Of a stretch of 64,000 nucleotides of DNA, positions 9,698 to 20,988 are shown piece by piece. Source of the DNA: an uncultured Methanomicrobiales archaeon (GTDB taxonomy: Archaea; Halobacteriota; Methanomicrobia; Methanomicrobiales; Methanospirillaceae); NCBI GenBank assembly GCA_963758915.1, contig CAVWXH010000009.1, forward strand, positions 160,001-224,000, in the 5' to 3' direction. The notes below the pieces were generated by a model. It was not told where the DNA came from. It did not search any database and worked only from the letters and a program-made list of their open reading frames with translations. The position numbers and the translations under genes are program-made. Within the stretch, counting starts at the first letter, position 1; each line of letters begins with the position of its first letter.

Positions 9698-12469
9698 TTA
9701 CCCGCTCCCCTGCCCGGTACTATCCATGTCCCCATCCCGCTTATCATCCTTGCTGATACCAGCTGAATGCCGGGGCATAGAGGGATTCTCCATATTCCTG
9801 AACTTTTCAGGGCCCCCGGAATTCCCACTTTTAACCCTTTTCTGGAGTTCATTGAGCCACGTGAGTGCTTCAACCGGGGTCATGGTATCTACCGAGAGTC
9901 CCTCTATCTCCAGCAATACGGGGTCTCTTGGAGCCACCGGTGTATCAACGAGGAGCATCTGGGTATACCTCCTTACTTTTCCGCCGGGATTTGTATCCCT
10001 GTCTTCGACATCGTTCATGATCGTGTTCGCACGGGCGATCACTTTTCTCGGGACCCCCGCAATCTGGGCAACATGGATCCCGTAACTCTTATCGGTCGCA
10101 CCAGGGATGATCTTTCTGAGGAATACCACCTCTTTGCCGGTATCCCTTACTGCAAAGTGGTAATTTCTTACCCTGGGGAGGTCGGATTCAATTCCAACGA
10201 TCTCGTGGAAATGCGTGGCAAAAAGTGTCCTCGGGCCGGAACCTCCTTTCCCGTGGAGAAATTCCAGTACCGCTTTTGCGATGCAGAACCCGTCGAGCGT
10301 GGAGGTTCCCCTCCCGATCTCGTCGAGGATTACCAGGCTCTTTTTTGTCACGTTGTTTAAGATATTTGCGAGTTCTATCATCTCGACCATGAAGGTCGAC
10401 TGGCCGGAGGCCAGGTCATCAAAGGCCCCGACCCTGGTAAAAATCCTGTCAACGACCCCGATCTCTGCATAGGACGCGGGGACAAAACTCCCCATCTGGG
10501 CCATGATGGTAATCAGGGCAACGGAGCGCATATAGGTGGATTTCCCAGCCATGTTCGCCCCGGTGATGATCAGTACCTGTTCACCGGCCGCATCAATCAT
10601 GACATCATTTGGGACAAAACCACCGGTCATCCGGTACTCGACAACCGGATGCCGCCCTTCCCGGATAAGGTGACGGTTCCCGGGATCAACCTTCGGCCTT
10701 ACATACTGATATTTGCGGGCGGATTCAGCGAGGGCCGCGAACAGGTCGAGGTGCCCGATACCCTCCGCAGAGGACTGGATTGCCGGCACCACCTCCTGCA
10801 GTTCACGGAGAAGGGCTGAATAGAGGATTGCCTCCCGTGCGAGCAGCCGTTCGTCAGCATTGGCAATACTTGCCTCCTTCTCCCGGAGGGACGGAATGGT
10901 GAACCGTTCACCCGTCGACGTGGTCTGTTTCCTCTCGTAGGATGGCGGGACAAGGCTGAGGTTTGGCTTTGTTACCTCGATATAATACCCGAATACAGAA
11001 TTATAGCCCACTTTTAAGGACTTGATCCCGGTTGTGGCCCGTTCTTCCTGCTGTAGCTGTACAATCCAGTCTTTCCCAGACCCGGACACACCCCTCAGGT
11101 CGTCAAGCTCGCTATCATAGCCTTCCCTGATCACCATGCCATTCTTTACCGTTGCCGGGGGATCGTCCACAATTGCCCGCTGGATGAGGTCAATTGTTGC
11201 ACGATGGTCCATAAGGGACAAGAGTGCATTTCGTATCGCCTGGGGAAGATCATCAGTCCCTGTCTCGATCAGCGACCTGATATCCGGGATTGCCCGGAGC
11301 GACCAGGACAGGGTGAAGAGGTCACGCGGACCTGCGTTTCCATAGGATATCCTGCCGGCAATACGGGAGATGTCACTGCACCGGGATAACAGGTCACGGA
11401 GAGCAGCACGGACGGGTGCATGCGAGGCAAAATAAGCAACCGCATCAAGGCGTGCATTGATCTCTTCATGGTCAAGGAGTGGGTTGGTAAGGCACCGGAC
11501 AAGAAGGCGGCTCCCCATAGGGGTCTTTGTCAGGTCAAGAGTCTTTTTCAGGGTCCCGTCCTCTCCCCCGTCACGGATATTGTTGAGCACCTCGAGGTTC
11601 CGGAGCGTTACGGCGTCGAGCACCATGGTACCGGTGACCGTGCGGTCAGAAATACCCGTGATATGCGGCAGTTCTTTCCCCTGCGTCTCTTTTGCATACG
11701 ATAATGCTCCCCCCAGTGCCCTGACCGCCGATCCCCGGGATAAGAGGCCGAACCCATCAAGCGATGCCACATGAAAATGCGACATCAACACCTCTTTTGC
11801 CCTCTCAAGACCGAATACCTCCTGCTTCCACTGTGTTACAGGGACCCCGCGGTCCCTGATAAGGGTGATCGCCAGGGGGTCAGTGCCCGGTGAAACTATG
11901 CATTCCCCGGGGTGATACTTCGCAATTTCCGCATCAAGTGACTGGAAATGGTTCTCCTTCGGGCATACAGAGTAGAAAAACTCCCCGGTGGTGATATCAA
12001 GAAATGCCGCTGACACGACCCCGGCAGTGCTGTCTTCAGCAACGGCCATGAGATAGGCGGCAGCAGTTGAGGGTACCATTGATGGATCAATCACGGTCCC
12101 GGGTGTAATCACACGGGTGAGCTGCCTTTTTACGATCCCTTTTGACTCTTTCGGGTCACCCACCTGGTCGACAACCGCCACGCGGTAACCCTTCCTGACA
12201 AGGCGCGCGATGTACGCATCGAACGCATGGCACGGAACACCTGCAAGCGGGATTTTTTCTCCGTCTGAACCTTTTGAACGGGAGGTCAGGACGATATCGA
12301 GCTCCCTCGAGACCACCTCTGCATCGGTCCAGAAAGTCTCATAAAAATCGCCGATCTGGAAGAAGAGTATAGAGTCGCCGCACTCTTTCTTGAGCGTATG
12401 ATATTGCTCCATTACGGGAGTAAGGCGTTTTCCGCTGCCTTCATTCCCAGCTCCGGTCTCCTGCGGCAT
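9698..12469 (-). CDS. mutS: DNA mismatch repair protein MutS
   Basis: GDFYE, TGANMAGKST, STFMVEM, DEIGRGTS, ATHFHE, SYGIHVA. Confidence 0.97.
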   Translation of the reverse strand: MPQETGAGNEGSGKRLTPVMEQYHTLKKECGDSILFFQIGDFYETFWTDAEVVSRELDIVLTSRSKGSDGEKIPLAGVPCHAFDAYIARLVRKGYRVAVVDQVGDPKESKGIVKRQLTRVITPGTVIDPSMVPSTAAAYLMAVAEDSTAGVVSAAFLDITTGEFFYSVCPKENHFQSLDAEIAKYHPGECIVSPGTDPLAITLIRDRGVPVTQWKQEVFGLERAKEVLMSHFHVASLDGFGLLSRGSAVRALGGALSYAKETQGKELPHITGISDRTVTGTMVLDAVTLRNLEVLNNIRDGGEDGTLKKTLDLTKTPMGSRLLVRCLTNPLLDHEEINARLDAVAYFASHAPVRAALRDLLSRCSDISRIAGRISYGNAGPRDLFTLSWSLRAIPDIRSLIETGTDDLPQAIRNALLSLMDHRATIDLIQRAIVDDPPATVKNGMVIREGYDSELDDLRGVSGSGKDWIVQLQQEERATTGIKSLKVGYNSVFGYYIEVTKPNLSLVPPSYERKQTTSTGERFTIPSLREKEASIANADERLLAREAILYSALLRELQEVVPAIQSSAEGIGHLDLFAALAESARKYQYVRPKVDPGNRHLIREGRHPVVEYRMTGGFVPNDVMIDAAGEQVLIITGANMAGKSTYMRSVALITIMAQMGSFVPASYAEIGVVDRIFTRVGAFDDLASGQSTFMVEMIELANILNNVTKKSLVILDEIGRGTSTLDGFCIAKAVLEFLHGKGGSGPRTLFATHFHEIVGIESDLPRVRNYHFAVRDTGKEVVFLRKIIPGATDKSYGIHVAQIAGVPRKVIARANTIMNDVEDRDTNPGGKVRRYTQMLLVDTPVAPRDPVLLEIEGLSVDTMTPVEALTWLNELQKRVKSGNSGGPEKFRNMENPSMPRHSAGISKDDKRDGDMDSTGQGSG

Positions 12470-12636
12470 TCTGGTTTACCATTAGGAAAACAGATCGGAA
12501 ATATCTCGCGGTATGAGTACCAGGTTTCCTGAGTCTTCGTCCCCAATCACGGGAACATTCCCCTGGCTGTAACCGGAACATATCATTATCAGTACGAATG
12601 GAAGGTTAATAGCAGTCCAGAAACGATTGTATATAC

Positions 12637-13107
12637 ATGACGGATGGTGGAAAACCACGCATTGCGGTTCTTGAGACGACGATGGGAACTATTTCTATTG
12701 AACTCGACAACAACATGCCAATCACTGCAGGGAATTTTGAAAAGCTCGTAAAAGAGGGATATTATGACGGGGTCATATTCCACCGGATTATCGACGGTTT
12801 TATGGTCCAGGGCGGGGATCCGACCGGTACCGGGTGCGGAGGACCGGGTTATGCAATCCGCGATGAATTTACACCCCCCAGCAAAAACAACCGCGGTACC
12901 ATTTCGATGGCTAATTCCGGACCGAACACAGGGGGGAGCCAGTTTTTCATCAACCTGGTAAATAACAACTTCCTCGACGGCCGCCACCCGGCCTTCGGAA
13001 AGGTCACTTCCGGGATGGACGTGGTGGATAAGCTCGCTAAAGTCCCAAAGGACGCCAGTGACAGGCCAAAAACGACGGTGAAAATAATTAAGGCAACGAT
13101 GCAGTAA
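12637..13107 (+). CDS. Cyclophilin-type peptidyl-prolyl isomerase
   Basis: FHRII.GFMVQGGDPTGTG, SMANSGPNTGGSQFFIN. Confidence 0.95.
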   Translation: MTDGGKPRIAVLETTMGTISIELDNNMPITAGNFEKLVKEGYYDGVIFHRIIDGFMVQGGDPTGTGCGGPGYAIRDEFTPPSKNNRGTISMANSGPNTGGSQFFINLVNNNFLDGRHPAFGKVTSGMDVVDKLAKVPKDASDRPKTTVKIIKATMQ

Positions 13108-13109
13108 GA

Positions 13110-13128
13110 CCTTTTTTTAATTTTTTTT
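13110..13128 (+). terminator. Archaeal oligo-T terminator
   Basis: CCTTTTTTTAATTTTTTTT immediately after the cyclophilin stop. Confidence 0.5.
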
Positions 13129-13304
13129 CACGACACCAGGGTTTCAACTACAGGTAACAGCGCCCCATTACGTCTCCTCATTACGTTATACCTGTGTTCT
13201 ACCAGATCATGCGGGCAGGATATCCCCTCCGGCAATAGTTCATACGTTGCCCCGGCAAAAACCCCTGGGAAATACAGAAATAAGCTCGTGACCAATTGAC
13301 GGGT

Positions 13305-15470
13305 ATGCCGTCCCATGAAAACAAGGGTCCAGCAGGAAAAAAAGGGCCGAAAAACCTGAATCGGCTCTCCGGGGAAAGCAGCCCTTACCTGCTCCAGCAT
13401 GCAGACAACCCGGTTGAATGGTACCCGTGGGGGGATGAGGCATTCCAGCTGGCAAAGATTCAGGACCGTCCGGTTTTCCTCTCGATCGGGTACTCGACGT
13501 GCCACTGGTGTCACGTGATGGCGCATGAATCATTCGGGGACGAGGAAGTGGCCACCCTGCTGAACAGGGCATTTATCTGCATCAAGGTGGACAGGGAAGA
13601 GCGTCCTGACATTGATGCACTCTATATGTCGGTTGCCCAGGCACTCACGGGATCAGGCGGATGGCCGCTCACCATCATTATGACACCCGAAAGAGAACCC
13701 TTTTTTGCAGCGACCTATATCCCGAAGGAGAGCAGGTTCGGGTCGAATGGGCTCCTTGACCTCATACCCGCTATCGAGACCTTCTGGAAAACCCGGCGGA
13801 GCGATATCCGGGAGACGGTAGAAAAGATTACCCGTGCACTTCAACACGGGGAGAGAACGAGAGTGGGTCAGCCAGTGACCGAAACGCTCCTCCATGCCGC
13901 ATACCACGACCTTGCACTGCGGTTCGATGCAAGCAACGGAGGGTTTTCCACTGCACCGAAATTCCCGACACCCCACACCATATCGTTTCTTCTCCGGTAC
14001 TGGAGGAGGACGGGTAAAAAAAATGCACTCGCGATGGTTGAGAAAACACTTCACGCAATGTCATACGGGGGAATTTATGACCATCTCGGGTATGGGTTCC
14101 ACCGGTATTCAACAGACTCACGGTGGCTCGTGCCACATTTTGAGAAAATGCTGTACGACCAGGCATTGCTCGTGACCGCCTATACAGAAGCATACCTCGC
14201 GACAGGTACCAGGTCATTTCGGACAACTGCAGAGGAGTGCCTTACATACCTCCTCCGCGATATGCGTGATCCGGGCGGAGGGTTTTACTCGGCGGAAGAC
14301 GCTGATAGCGAAGGAATTGAAGGGAAATTCTATCTCTGGAAAAAGAAAGAGATCGAGGAGGTGCTTGGCGATGATGCTCCCGGGTTTATCGGCACCTACC
14401 ACGTTAAGCAGGAAGGGAATTTCCTCTCACAGGAGACCGGGCAACGGACGGGAGAGAATATACTGCACCTTACGGACCCTCCGGGACATCCTGAATCAAT
14501 GGTCAGGGTAACGGAAGATGAAGGTATTGCGAGGATTTCCCGTGGACGGGAACACCTTTTCGCCTTCCGGAAGACCAGGGAACCGCCCCTGAAAGATGAC
14601 AAGGTACTGGCTGACTGGAACGGCCTTGTTATCTCGGCTCTTTCTCTTGCTGCGCGCGCATTCGGGGATGACCGGTATCTCGAAGCAGCAACCGGTGCAG
14701 CGGATTTCATTCTCGGGACAATGCGGTCCGGGAACGGGGAGCTCTTCCACCGGTACAGGAATGGGCAGCCGGGCATCCGCGGGGTTGCATCTGATTACGC
14801 TTACCTCTGCGCGGGGCTCCTTGACCTGTATGAACTTACATTTTCACCAGAATACCTGGAGGCCGCGATTGGGATCGAGGCATATTTCACCTGTCATTTC
14901 CTTGACAGCAGGGACGGAGGATATTTCACTTCCCACGAAGACGAGACAGATCTCATCATCCGGCAGAAAGATATCTATGATGGTGCGCTCCCTTCAGTCA
15001 ACTCGGTTGCCATGAAAAATCTTGTACGGCTCGGGCTGATGACAGCCAACACGGATTACCACGCACGGGCATGGGACCTTGCAGGGACCTTCTCAACGCT
15101 CGTTGAGCAGTCACCTGCAGCATATACGGCATTTCTTTCATCCCTCGATTTTGGTCTTGGACCGGCATCCAGCGTGGTAATAGTCGGCGATGACGGGGCT
15201 CCCGGAACGGTTGCCATGAAAGCAGCAATAAATTCCCGGTATTTACCGTCTGTTGTGGCCCTCCATAGGCCTGGAGGGGACGGGCCGTTCGAAATCGACC
15301 GTATATCGGGATTTACAGGGGAAATGAGAGAAACCGGAGGAAAAACTACCGCCTATGTCTGCAAAAACCACGCATGTTCCTATCCGGCTACCGATGCGGA
15401 TATCATGGTCGCGGAACTTGAAAAGATGTATGAACGGCCGGAGAACCAGGACCCCATAAAAAAGGGTTAG
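13305..15470 (+). CDS. Thioredoxin-domain plus alpha/alpha-barrel protein (YyaL/SSP411 family)
   Basis: [52 protein letters not shown]. Confidence 0.93.
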   Translation: MPSHENKGPAGKKGPKNLNRLSGESSPYLLQHADNPVEWYPWGDEAFQLAKIQDRPVFLSIGYSTCHWCHVMAHESFGDEEVATLLNRAFICIKVDREERPDIDALYMSVAQALTGSGGWPLTIIMTPEREPFFAATYIPKESRFGSNGLLDLIPAIETFWKTRRSDIRETVEKITRALQHGERTRVGQPVTETLLHAAYHDLALRFDASNGGFSTAPKFPTPHTISFLLRYWRRTGKKNALAMVEKTLHAMSYGGIYDHLGYGFHRYSTDSRWLVPHFEKMLYDQALLVTAYTEAYLATGTRSFRTTAEECLTYLLRDMRDPGGGFYSAEDADSEGIEGKFYLWKKKEIEEVLGDDAPGFIGTYHVKQEGNFLSQETGQRTGENILHLTDPPGHPESMVRVTEDEGIARISRGREHLFAFRKTREPPLKDDKVLADWNGLVISALSLAARAFGDDRYLEAATGAADFILGTMRSGNGELFHRYRNGQPGIRGVASDYAYLCAGLLDLYELTFSPEYLEAAIGIEAYFTCHFLDSRDGGYFTSHEDETDLIIRQKDIYDGALPSVNSVAMKNLVRLGLMTANTDYHARAWDLAGTFSTLVEQSPAAYTAFLSSLDFGLGPASSVVIVGDDGAPGTVAMKAAINSRYLPSVVALHRPGGDGPFEIDRISGFTGEMRETGGKTTAYVCKNHACSYPATDADIMVAELEKMYERPENQDPIKKG

Positions 15471-15943
15471 AGATTCTTCAGCGCCACAAGGTCTTTCACA
15501 CCGGTAAGTTTCCAGACAAGGGACCGTTCCTCTCTTGCAATTGCTTCAGGCGGGTCAAGCGGGGAATGACCGAGCGCTGCGAGGATATTCATAGAGAGGT
15601 GCTTTTCCTTGATTAAATCGATAAATCGCTGCCTGATAATTTTTTTCTCGATCGAATCATGCACTTCTTCAAGGTACCCCTGCATGGTAACGAAGGTGTA
15701 ACAGGAGAGGTCTTTCGTATATTTTTCCACCTCTACCGAAACATAGGGGCTTTTCCTGAAGTATTCGATCTTCTTCCCGTATTTTGTAGAGATGAAGTAT
15801 ATGAACTGACCGTCAAAAACATAAAGAAACGGGGCGATGTAGGGGTATTTTTCGCCCTGGAATGCAATACGGCTGATATATCCCTCTTCAATCAGGCGGT
15901 CATACTCCTCTTTTTCCATCCTTGGGATCTTTACAATCTCCAT
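15467..15943 (-). CDS. Pyridoxamine 5'-phosphate oxidase-like flavin-binding protein
   Basis: SRIAF..YPYIAP..Y..DG..IYF..GKKI; ATG at 15943. Confidence 0.8.
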   Translation of the reverse strand: MEIVKIPRMEKEEYDRLIEEGYISRIAFQGEKYPYIAPFLYVFDGQFIYFISTKYGKKIEYFRKSPYVSVEVEKYTKDLSCYTFVTMQGYLEEVHDSIEKKIIRQRFIDLIKEKHLSMNILAALGHSPLDPPEAIAREERSLVWKLTGVKDLVALKNL

Positions 15944-16159
15944 TCCGATCTTATGTGAATATCCGGCATGTATTGATAAATATTTGTAATTTATTTCCGG
16001 AATAGTACTCTCCATGAGACCACCCGGACAACACCTGAAAAACAACGGGTTATCCCGTTTACGAAGCCGGGATCAGACCGGAACACTGGTTGGACAACTC
16101 CTTACATCAGGCTGCTTTCATTGGAATATTCCAGTTGATAAAAAATGAAATGTACCCGG

Positions 16160-17533
16160 TTATTTTTCCACGGGAAGACCTGCCCCGGACCACCCGGCCA
16201 TGCCACCAAGGATATTTGTTACACGCGGGTAGCCATGAATTGAAAGGAAACTTGCAGCAAGGCAGCCCTTGTACCCCGCATCACAGTAGAGAACAATGTC
16301 TGCGTCCCGCGGCACATCCACGATTCTCCGGGGGAGATCCCCTACATACATATGGTGGTCACCGGGGATATGTCCCGCTTTTTCCCGGTTATGGATATCG
16401 CGGACATCGAGAATGTATAATTCATTGATGGATGACTCAATTGCCGTATGGAGGTCATAAACAGACCATACCCGGTGCCTGTTGAAACGTTCCCCTGCTT
16501 TATACCATCCCGGGAAACCCCCGGCAAGGTACCCTTTCAGGTTATCGTACCCGAGCCTGATAAACTGCCGTATGACAGGTCCCAGGTCGAGATTGAAATC
16601 ATCAACAAGGATGACCGGGGCCTCGTAGTTAAGGAACCAGCCCATGTATGCCGGAAGGCCTTCACGCCAGACAGAGAGGCTCCCATCGATATGCCCTGAT
16701 CCGAAACTGCCGGGGGCCCTGATATCCAGGAGCTGTGCCCCCCTGCCGGCCAGTTCCTTCACATCGTGGTTATTATAGGGGATAAGTTCCGGTAGATGTC
16801 CGATAATCAACGGGCCTTTTTGGTTGACAACTTCCATCGTCCGGAAATACGGGGGGACGTAATGGTGCTCGCTTGTTTTATATTCAATAAAAGCCAGCCG
16901 GTCCTTCTGGAGAAGGGGGTTTGTTTTTTTCTCATATCCGGTTGTGGTCAACGGGTGATCAACAATGTCTGCCCCGCAGACCGACCCTGCTCCATGGGCC
17001 GGGTAGAGCAGGACCGCGTCTCCGAGGGGAAGGATCTTGTTCCAGATACTATCGTAGAGCATGCCGGCTGCCTCTTCACCCTTTCCCCTGCCAAAGAGAT
17101 CGGTCCTGCCGACATCCCCCGCGAACAATGCGTCCCCGGTAAATACCAGGTACGGGTCACCAGAGACTTTCTTATCCCTGACGACAAGCGATATACTGTC
17201 TGGAGTATGACCGGGGGTCTCGAGCACGGAGATTTCGAGGTCCCCGACCATGAAGCTCATCCCCTCTTCAACCCTGGTCCCAAAGGAGAAGGCGGTCACA
17301 GGACCATGATAAATTGCAGCGCCTGAACGTTTTGCAAGCTCACAAGAACCGGTCACGTAGTCTTCATTCCGGTGTGTCTCAAAAATACAGGTGATCTGCT
17401 GATCGAGCCCCCCTGCGATATCGAGGTACACATCGCAGTCCCTGCGTGGGTCAATAACTGCCGCTTTCCTTCCGGACCCGATATAATAAGAGTGGTGGGC
17501 GAGGCCTTCCGAAGTTACCTGTCGTAATATCAT
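16160..17533 (-). CDS. MBL-fold hydrolase fused to two rhodanese domains
   Basis: VIDPRRD, TPGHT, TGDALFAGDVGR.D, PAHGAGSVCG, rhodanese LYCDAG. Confidence 0.9.
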   Translation of the reverse strand: MILRQVTSEGLAHHSYYIGSGRKAAVIDPRRDCDVYLDIAGGLDQQITCIFETHRNEDYVTGSCELAKRSGAAIYHGPVTAFSFGTRVEEGMSFMVGDLEISVLETPGHTPDSISLVVRDKKVSGDPYLVFTGDALFAGDVGRTDLFGRGKGEEAAGMLYDSIWNKILPLGDAVLLYPAHGAGSVCGADIVDHPLTTTGYEKKTNPLLQKDRLAFIEYKTSEHHYVPPYFRTMEVVNQKGPLIIGHLPELIPYNNHDVKELAGRGAQLLDIRAPGSFGSGHIDGSLSVWREGLPAYMGWFLNYEAPVILVDDFNLDLGPVIRQFIRLGYDNLKGYLAGGFPGWYKAGERFNRHRVWSVYDLHTAIESSINELYILDVRDIHNREKAGHIPGDHHMYVGDLPRRIVDVPRDADIVLYCDAGYKGCLAASFLSIHGYPRVTNILGGMAGWSGAGLPVEK

Positions 17534-17694
17534 CCATTTGTCCTCTCTTTCTTTTAGGACGACCGTGTATAATAGTTGTATACAGCACCGTCCCTGCTGG
17601 GACGGGGATACTTCATGGTTCCGGATACCAGCCCTTCCAGAATGGTCATGTGATGCAGGAAGTTACTTATTTTAGCGTGTGAAAAATCCAGACT

Positions 17695-18261
17695 ATGAAA
17701 AAGAACCATGTTCATATTCTCCTGCTCGTTGTTATTCTTGCGATGTTTGGCATGGTTACAGGCTGTACGAATACCATGATTGCTGAACGGACATCGGTTG
17801 ATGGTACCGGGGTTTTGAATCTCCCTGATAAGTTCGGTTCATCCTTGAGAATTACCGGCGATGACGGGCTTATCTATATCCCGTCACCCTTCCCGCACGA
17901 CCACTTCAAAAACAATGACAAGGTCGCATTTTCGGGGAGCCCAATTCCTAACCCCTACTACCCTGTCCAGACAGGAATTCCGGTTGATCTCATCCTTCTG
18001 CGGCAAATATCCGGCGATAACGGGTACATCTATGGTATAGGCAACGTGACCTATATCACCACCGAAGGAGGATTTTATGGGATTGTGGTTGATACCGGGG
18101 GTAAATCTGGTGTCGTACGGTACTTACCGCTTGACCTCGATCCCGAGTTTTCACAGGACGGAATTAGGGTCTCGTTCACTGCATACGGGAGACCTGATGT
18201 AATAACGATTTCTCAATGGGGCCTTCCGATCAATATCGTCAGGATGAAAAAACTCACGTAA
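17695..18261 (+). CDS. Hypothetical lipoprotein with an internal repeat
   Basis: VTGC lipobox; two similar beta-rich halves. Confidence 0.65.
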   Translation: MKKNHVHILLLVVILAMFGMVTGCTNTMIAERTSVDGTGVLNLPDKFGSSLRITGDDGLIYIPSPFPHDHFKNNDKVAFSGSPIPNPYYPVQTGIPVDLILLRQISGDNGYIYGIGNVTYITTEGGFYGIVVDTGGKSGVVRYLPLDLDPEFSQDGIRVSFTAYGRPDVITISQWGLPINIVRMKKLT

Positions 18262-18410
18262 CAGGGACACTACCACTTTTTTTTGGAACGCCACGCCAAT
18301 TGTAATCGTATTCCCATTTTTTATTCGTTCACTGCCACGGTACATCACCGCCGTGGCACAATGGAATCAATTACTTGGTTTGAGGTGATATTCTAAGGCA
18401 GGATAATCAA

Positions 18411-19124
18411 ATGGTGGATGACTATACCCCTGTCAACCGGACGCGCGAGGGGGTCAGCGCGGTTATATTTGACATGGATAATACCCTCTTTGACCTTATT
18501 GGTGCAAAGATGGCAGCCTGTGACACCGTATCAGAGTACCTTGGGAGGGATGATGGCCAGGACCTCTTTGGTTATTTTCTCAGGCCGGACTGGGGATTCG
18601 AGGACTGGCGGAACATACGTGATTACCTCATTGAAAGGGATATTTTTACAATTCCAGGGTATTATGAGGTCTGCAGCCTGTACGAGCAGGAGAAACTGAA
18701 CAATATCAGCGCATATCCCGGGGTCACTGAAGTAGTCCTTGAAATCCGGGAAAAAGGGGTTCCCCTCGGACTGGTTACTGACGCAGATATGTACCATGCA
18801 AGACGCCGGTTAGAGAAAGCCGGTCTTTCCGGTGCATTCGACCACATCATCACCTACGAGATGACCGGGAGAAAAAAACCCGATACCGCACCATTCCGGC
18901 TCGCACTCAGGAAACTTGGCAGCGAAAGTTCTGTGACGGCGATGATTGGTGACAGCCCTCACCGCGACCTGGCACCCGCCCGTGAGGTCGGGATGCAGAC
19001 ATTTTATGCCCGGTATGGCGACCGTTTAGCGGATACACGTGGCGAAGTCCCCGCAGAATATGTACTGAATACGATTCTTGACCTTCCCGGGCTGCTCTAT
19101 CCCCTATTCCGACAACCCTGCTGA
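18411..19124 (+). CDS. HAD-superfamily hydrolase
   Basis: FDMDNTL, KKPD, MIGDS..RD. Confidence 0.9.
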   Translation: MVDDYTPVNRTREGVSAVIFDMDNTLFDLIGAKMAACDTVSEYLGRDDGQDLFGYFLRPDWGFEDWRNIRDYLIERDIFTIPGYYEVCSLYEQEKLNNISAYPGVTEVVLEIREKGVPLGLVTDADMYHARRRLEKAGLSGAFDHIITYEMTGRKKPDTAPFRLALRKLGSESSVTAMIGDSPHRDLAPAREVGMQTFYARYGDRLADTRGEVPAEYVLNTILDLPGLLYPLFRQPC

Positions 19125-19392
19125 ACCCAGCCAAAAAAACAGGGGGAAATGGCACCCGGCAATTTGCTAAGCGAACCGGAGGGCATTCACCGGGTTGATT
19201 TATGGCCGGGCTGCGTACCGTGTCCACATAACAATAAACATTGGTGGCTACAACTAACAATAAACGACAGAATTTCCGGCCGGACTAAGCAGGCACGCGG
19301 ATTGGATTGCTGCACCGCCAGGCTGGCAGAAAAGCGAAAGATAAGCGAAACATTACCAGATACAACGACACCGGTACCCGGCAACAAAGGGG

Positions 19393-20973
19393 ATGAACAT
19401 GGCAGAAGTTCCAGGAAAGATCACCTACATTTCACTCGCCGGAGATGAACATGTCCACCCGGCTTACGAAAGTGCACTGAAACGGGTTAGCAGGGAGTTG
19501 GGGAAACACCACGCGCTGTATATAGGAGGTAAAACAATCGGGGGGAGACCGGAGTTCCCGGTATACTCTCCGATAGACGGTAAGACCCTGATCGGTTCCT
19601 TCCAGGCAGGAGATAGTGAAGATACGGGGAACGCGATCCATGCGGCAAGGAATGCATTCCCGGAATGGAGCAGGGCCAGCTGGAAAGAACGGACACGTAT
19701 CATCAGGCTCGCAGCAGACCATATTGAATCACAGGCATTTGACCTGGCTGCGCTTCTGACGTTGGAAGTAGGAAAAACACGCACCGAGGCTCTTGCCGAG
19801 GTTTTTGAAACCGTTGACCTTCTCCGGTATTATTGTAACCTATATGAAAAAGCAGGAGGCTATATCCTTCAGCTGGAAGCACCACTCACCGGTGAACAGT
19901 CCCTCTCTGTCATGCAGCCCTACGGGGTCTGGGCGGTGATTTCACCGTTCAATTTTCCGATAGCCCTTGCAGCGGGCATGTGCACAGGGGCATTACTAAC
20001 GGGCAATACGGTAGTATTCAAACCAACGAGCGAAGCACCGTTATCCGGGATACAACTTTATAAGTCGTTTATTTCAGGAGGAGTGCCTGATGGGGTCCTG
20101 AACCTTGTTACCGGCCCGGGGGGACCATTTGGAAAAACTGTTGTCTCACACGGGGATGTTGACGGGATCGCGTTCACCGGTTCGAAAAACTCAGGCATGT
20201 GGCTATGGAGAGAATTCACGCAGGGGCAGCGGTACCCAAAGCCACTTATTATTGAGATGGGAGGTAAGAATCCCGTGATCGTCTCAGGAAAGGCTGATCT
20301 TACGAAAGCGGTCGATGGGGTGATACGTTCAGCATTTGGATTTGCCGGCCAGAAATGCAGTGCGACATCGCGTGTGTACGTGCAGGAGGAGGTCTATCTC
20401 CAGTTTATGGAGCATCTGATACAGAGGGTCGGGTCAGTCATTATCGGTGACCCGCGGGAGCGGGAGACTTTTTTCGGACCTTTAATTGACCGTAAGGCAG
20501 TGGATACATTCTCCGCGGCGGTCAGGCAGGTTATCGCAGATGGCGGTACCATCGAAACCGGCGGTGAGGTGCTGACCGGTGCCCTGTATGGAAAAGGTTA
20601 CTATGTCAGACCGGCGGTGGTTACCGGTATCCCGCCCGGTCACCCGCTCCATAACAACGAATTATTCGTCCCGTTCCTTATCGTCACTACCTACCGTACA
20701 TTACAGGAAGCAGTGGGATATGCGAATAAAACAGATTTCGGCCTTACCGCAGGGATCTTCTCGGAAGACACGGGTGAAATAAACTATTTCTTCAGTCATG
20801 TGAAGGCTGGGGTAACATATGCCAACCGTTCCGGGGGTGCTACAACCGGTGCATGGCCGGGTTCCCAATCATTTACCGGCTGGAACGCAAGTGGTTCAAC
20901 CGGCAGGGGGTCAGGGGGCCCCTATTATCTCCTTTCCTTTGTCAGGGAGCAGGCGCAGACAAGGGTTTCATAA
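19393..20973 (+). CDS. Aldehyde dehydrogenase (P5C-dehydrogenase-like)
   Basis: ISPFNFP, FTGS, EMGGKNP, GQKCSA, ELFVP, FGLTAG. Confidence 0.9.
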   Translation: MNMAEVPGKITYISLAGDEHVHPAYESALKRVSRELGKHHALYIGGKTIGGRPEFPVYSPIDGKTLIGSFQAGDSEDTGNAIHAARNAFPEWSRASWKERTRIIRLAADHIESQAFDLAALLTLEVGKTRTEALAEVFETVDLLRYYCNLYEKAGGYILQLEAPLTGEQSLSVMQPYGVWAVISPFNFPIALAAGMCTGALLTGNTVVFKPTSEAPLSGIQLYKSFISGGVPDGVLNLVTGPGGPFGKTVVSHGDVDGIAFTGSKNSGMWLWREFTQGQRYPKPLIIEMGGKNPVIVSGKADLTKAVDGVIRSAFGFAGQKCSATSRVYVQEEVYLQFMEHLIQRVGSVIIGDPRERETFFGPLIDRKAVDTFSAAVRQVIADGGTIETGGEVLTGALYGKGYYVRPAVVTGIPPGHPLHNNELFVPFLIVTTYRTLQEAVGYANKTDFGLTAGIFSEDTGEINYFFSHVKAGVTYANRSGGATTGAWPGSQSFTGWNASGSTGRGSGGPYYLLSFVREQAQTRVS

Positions 20974-20988
20974 TAACCGACTTTTTGA

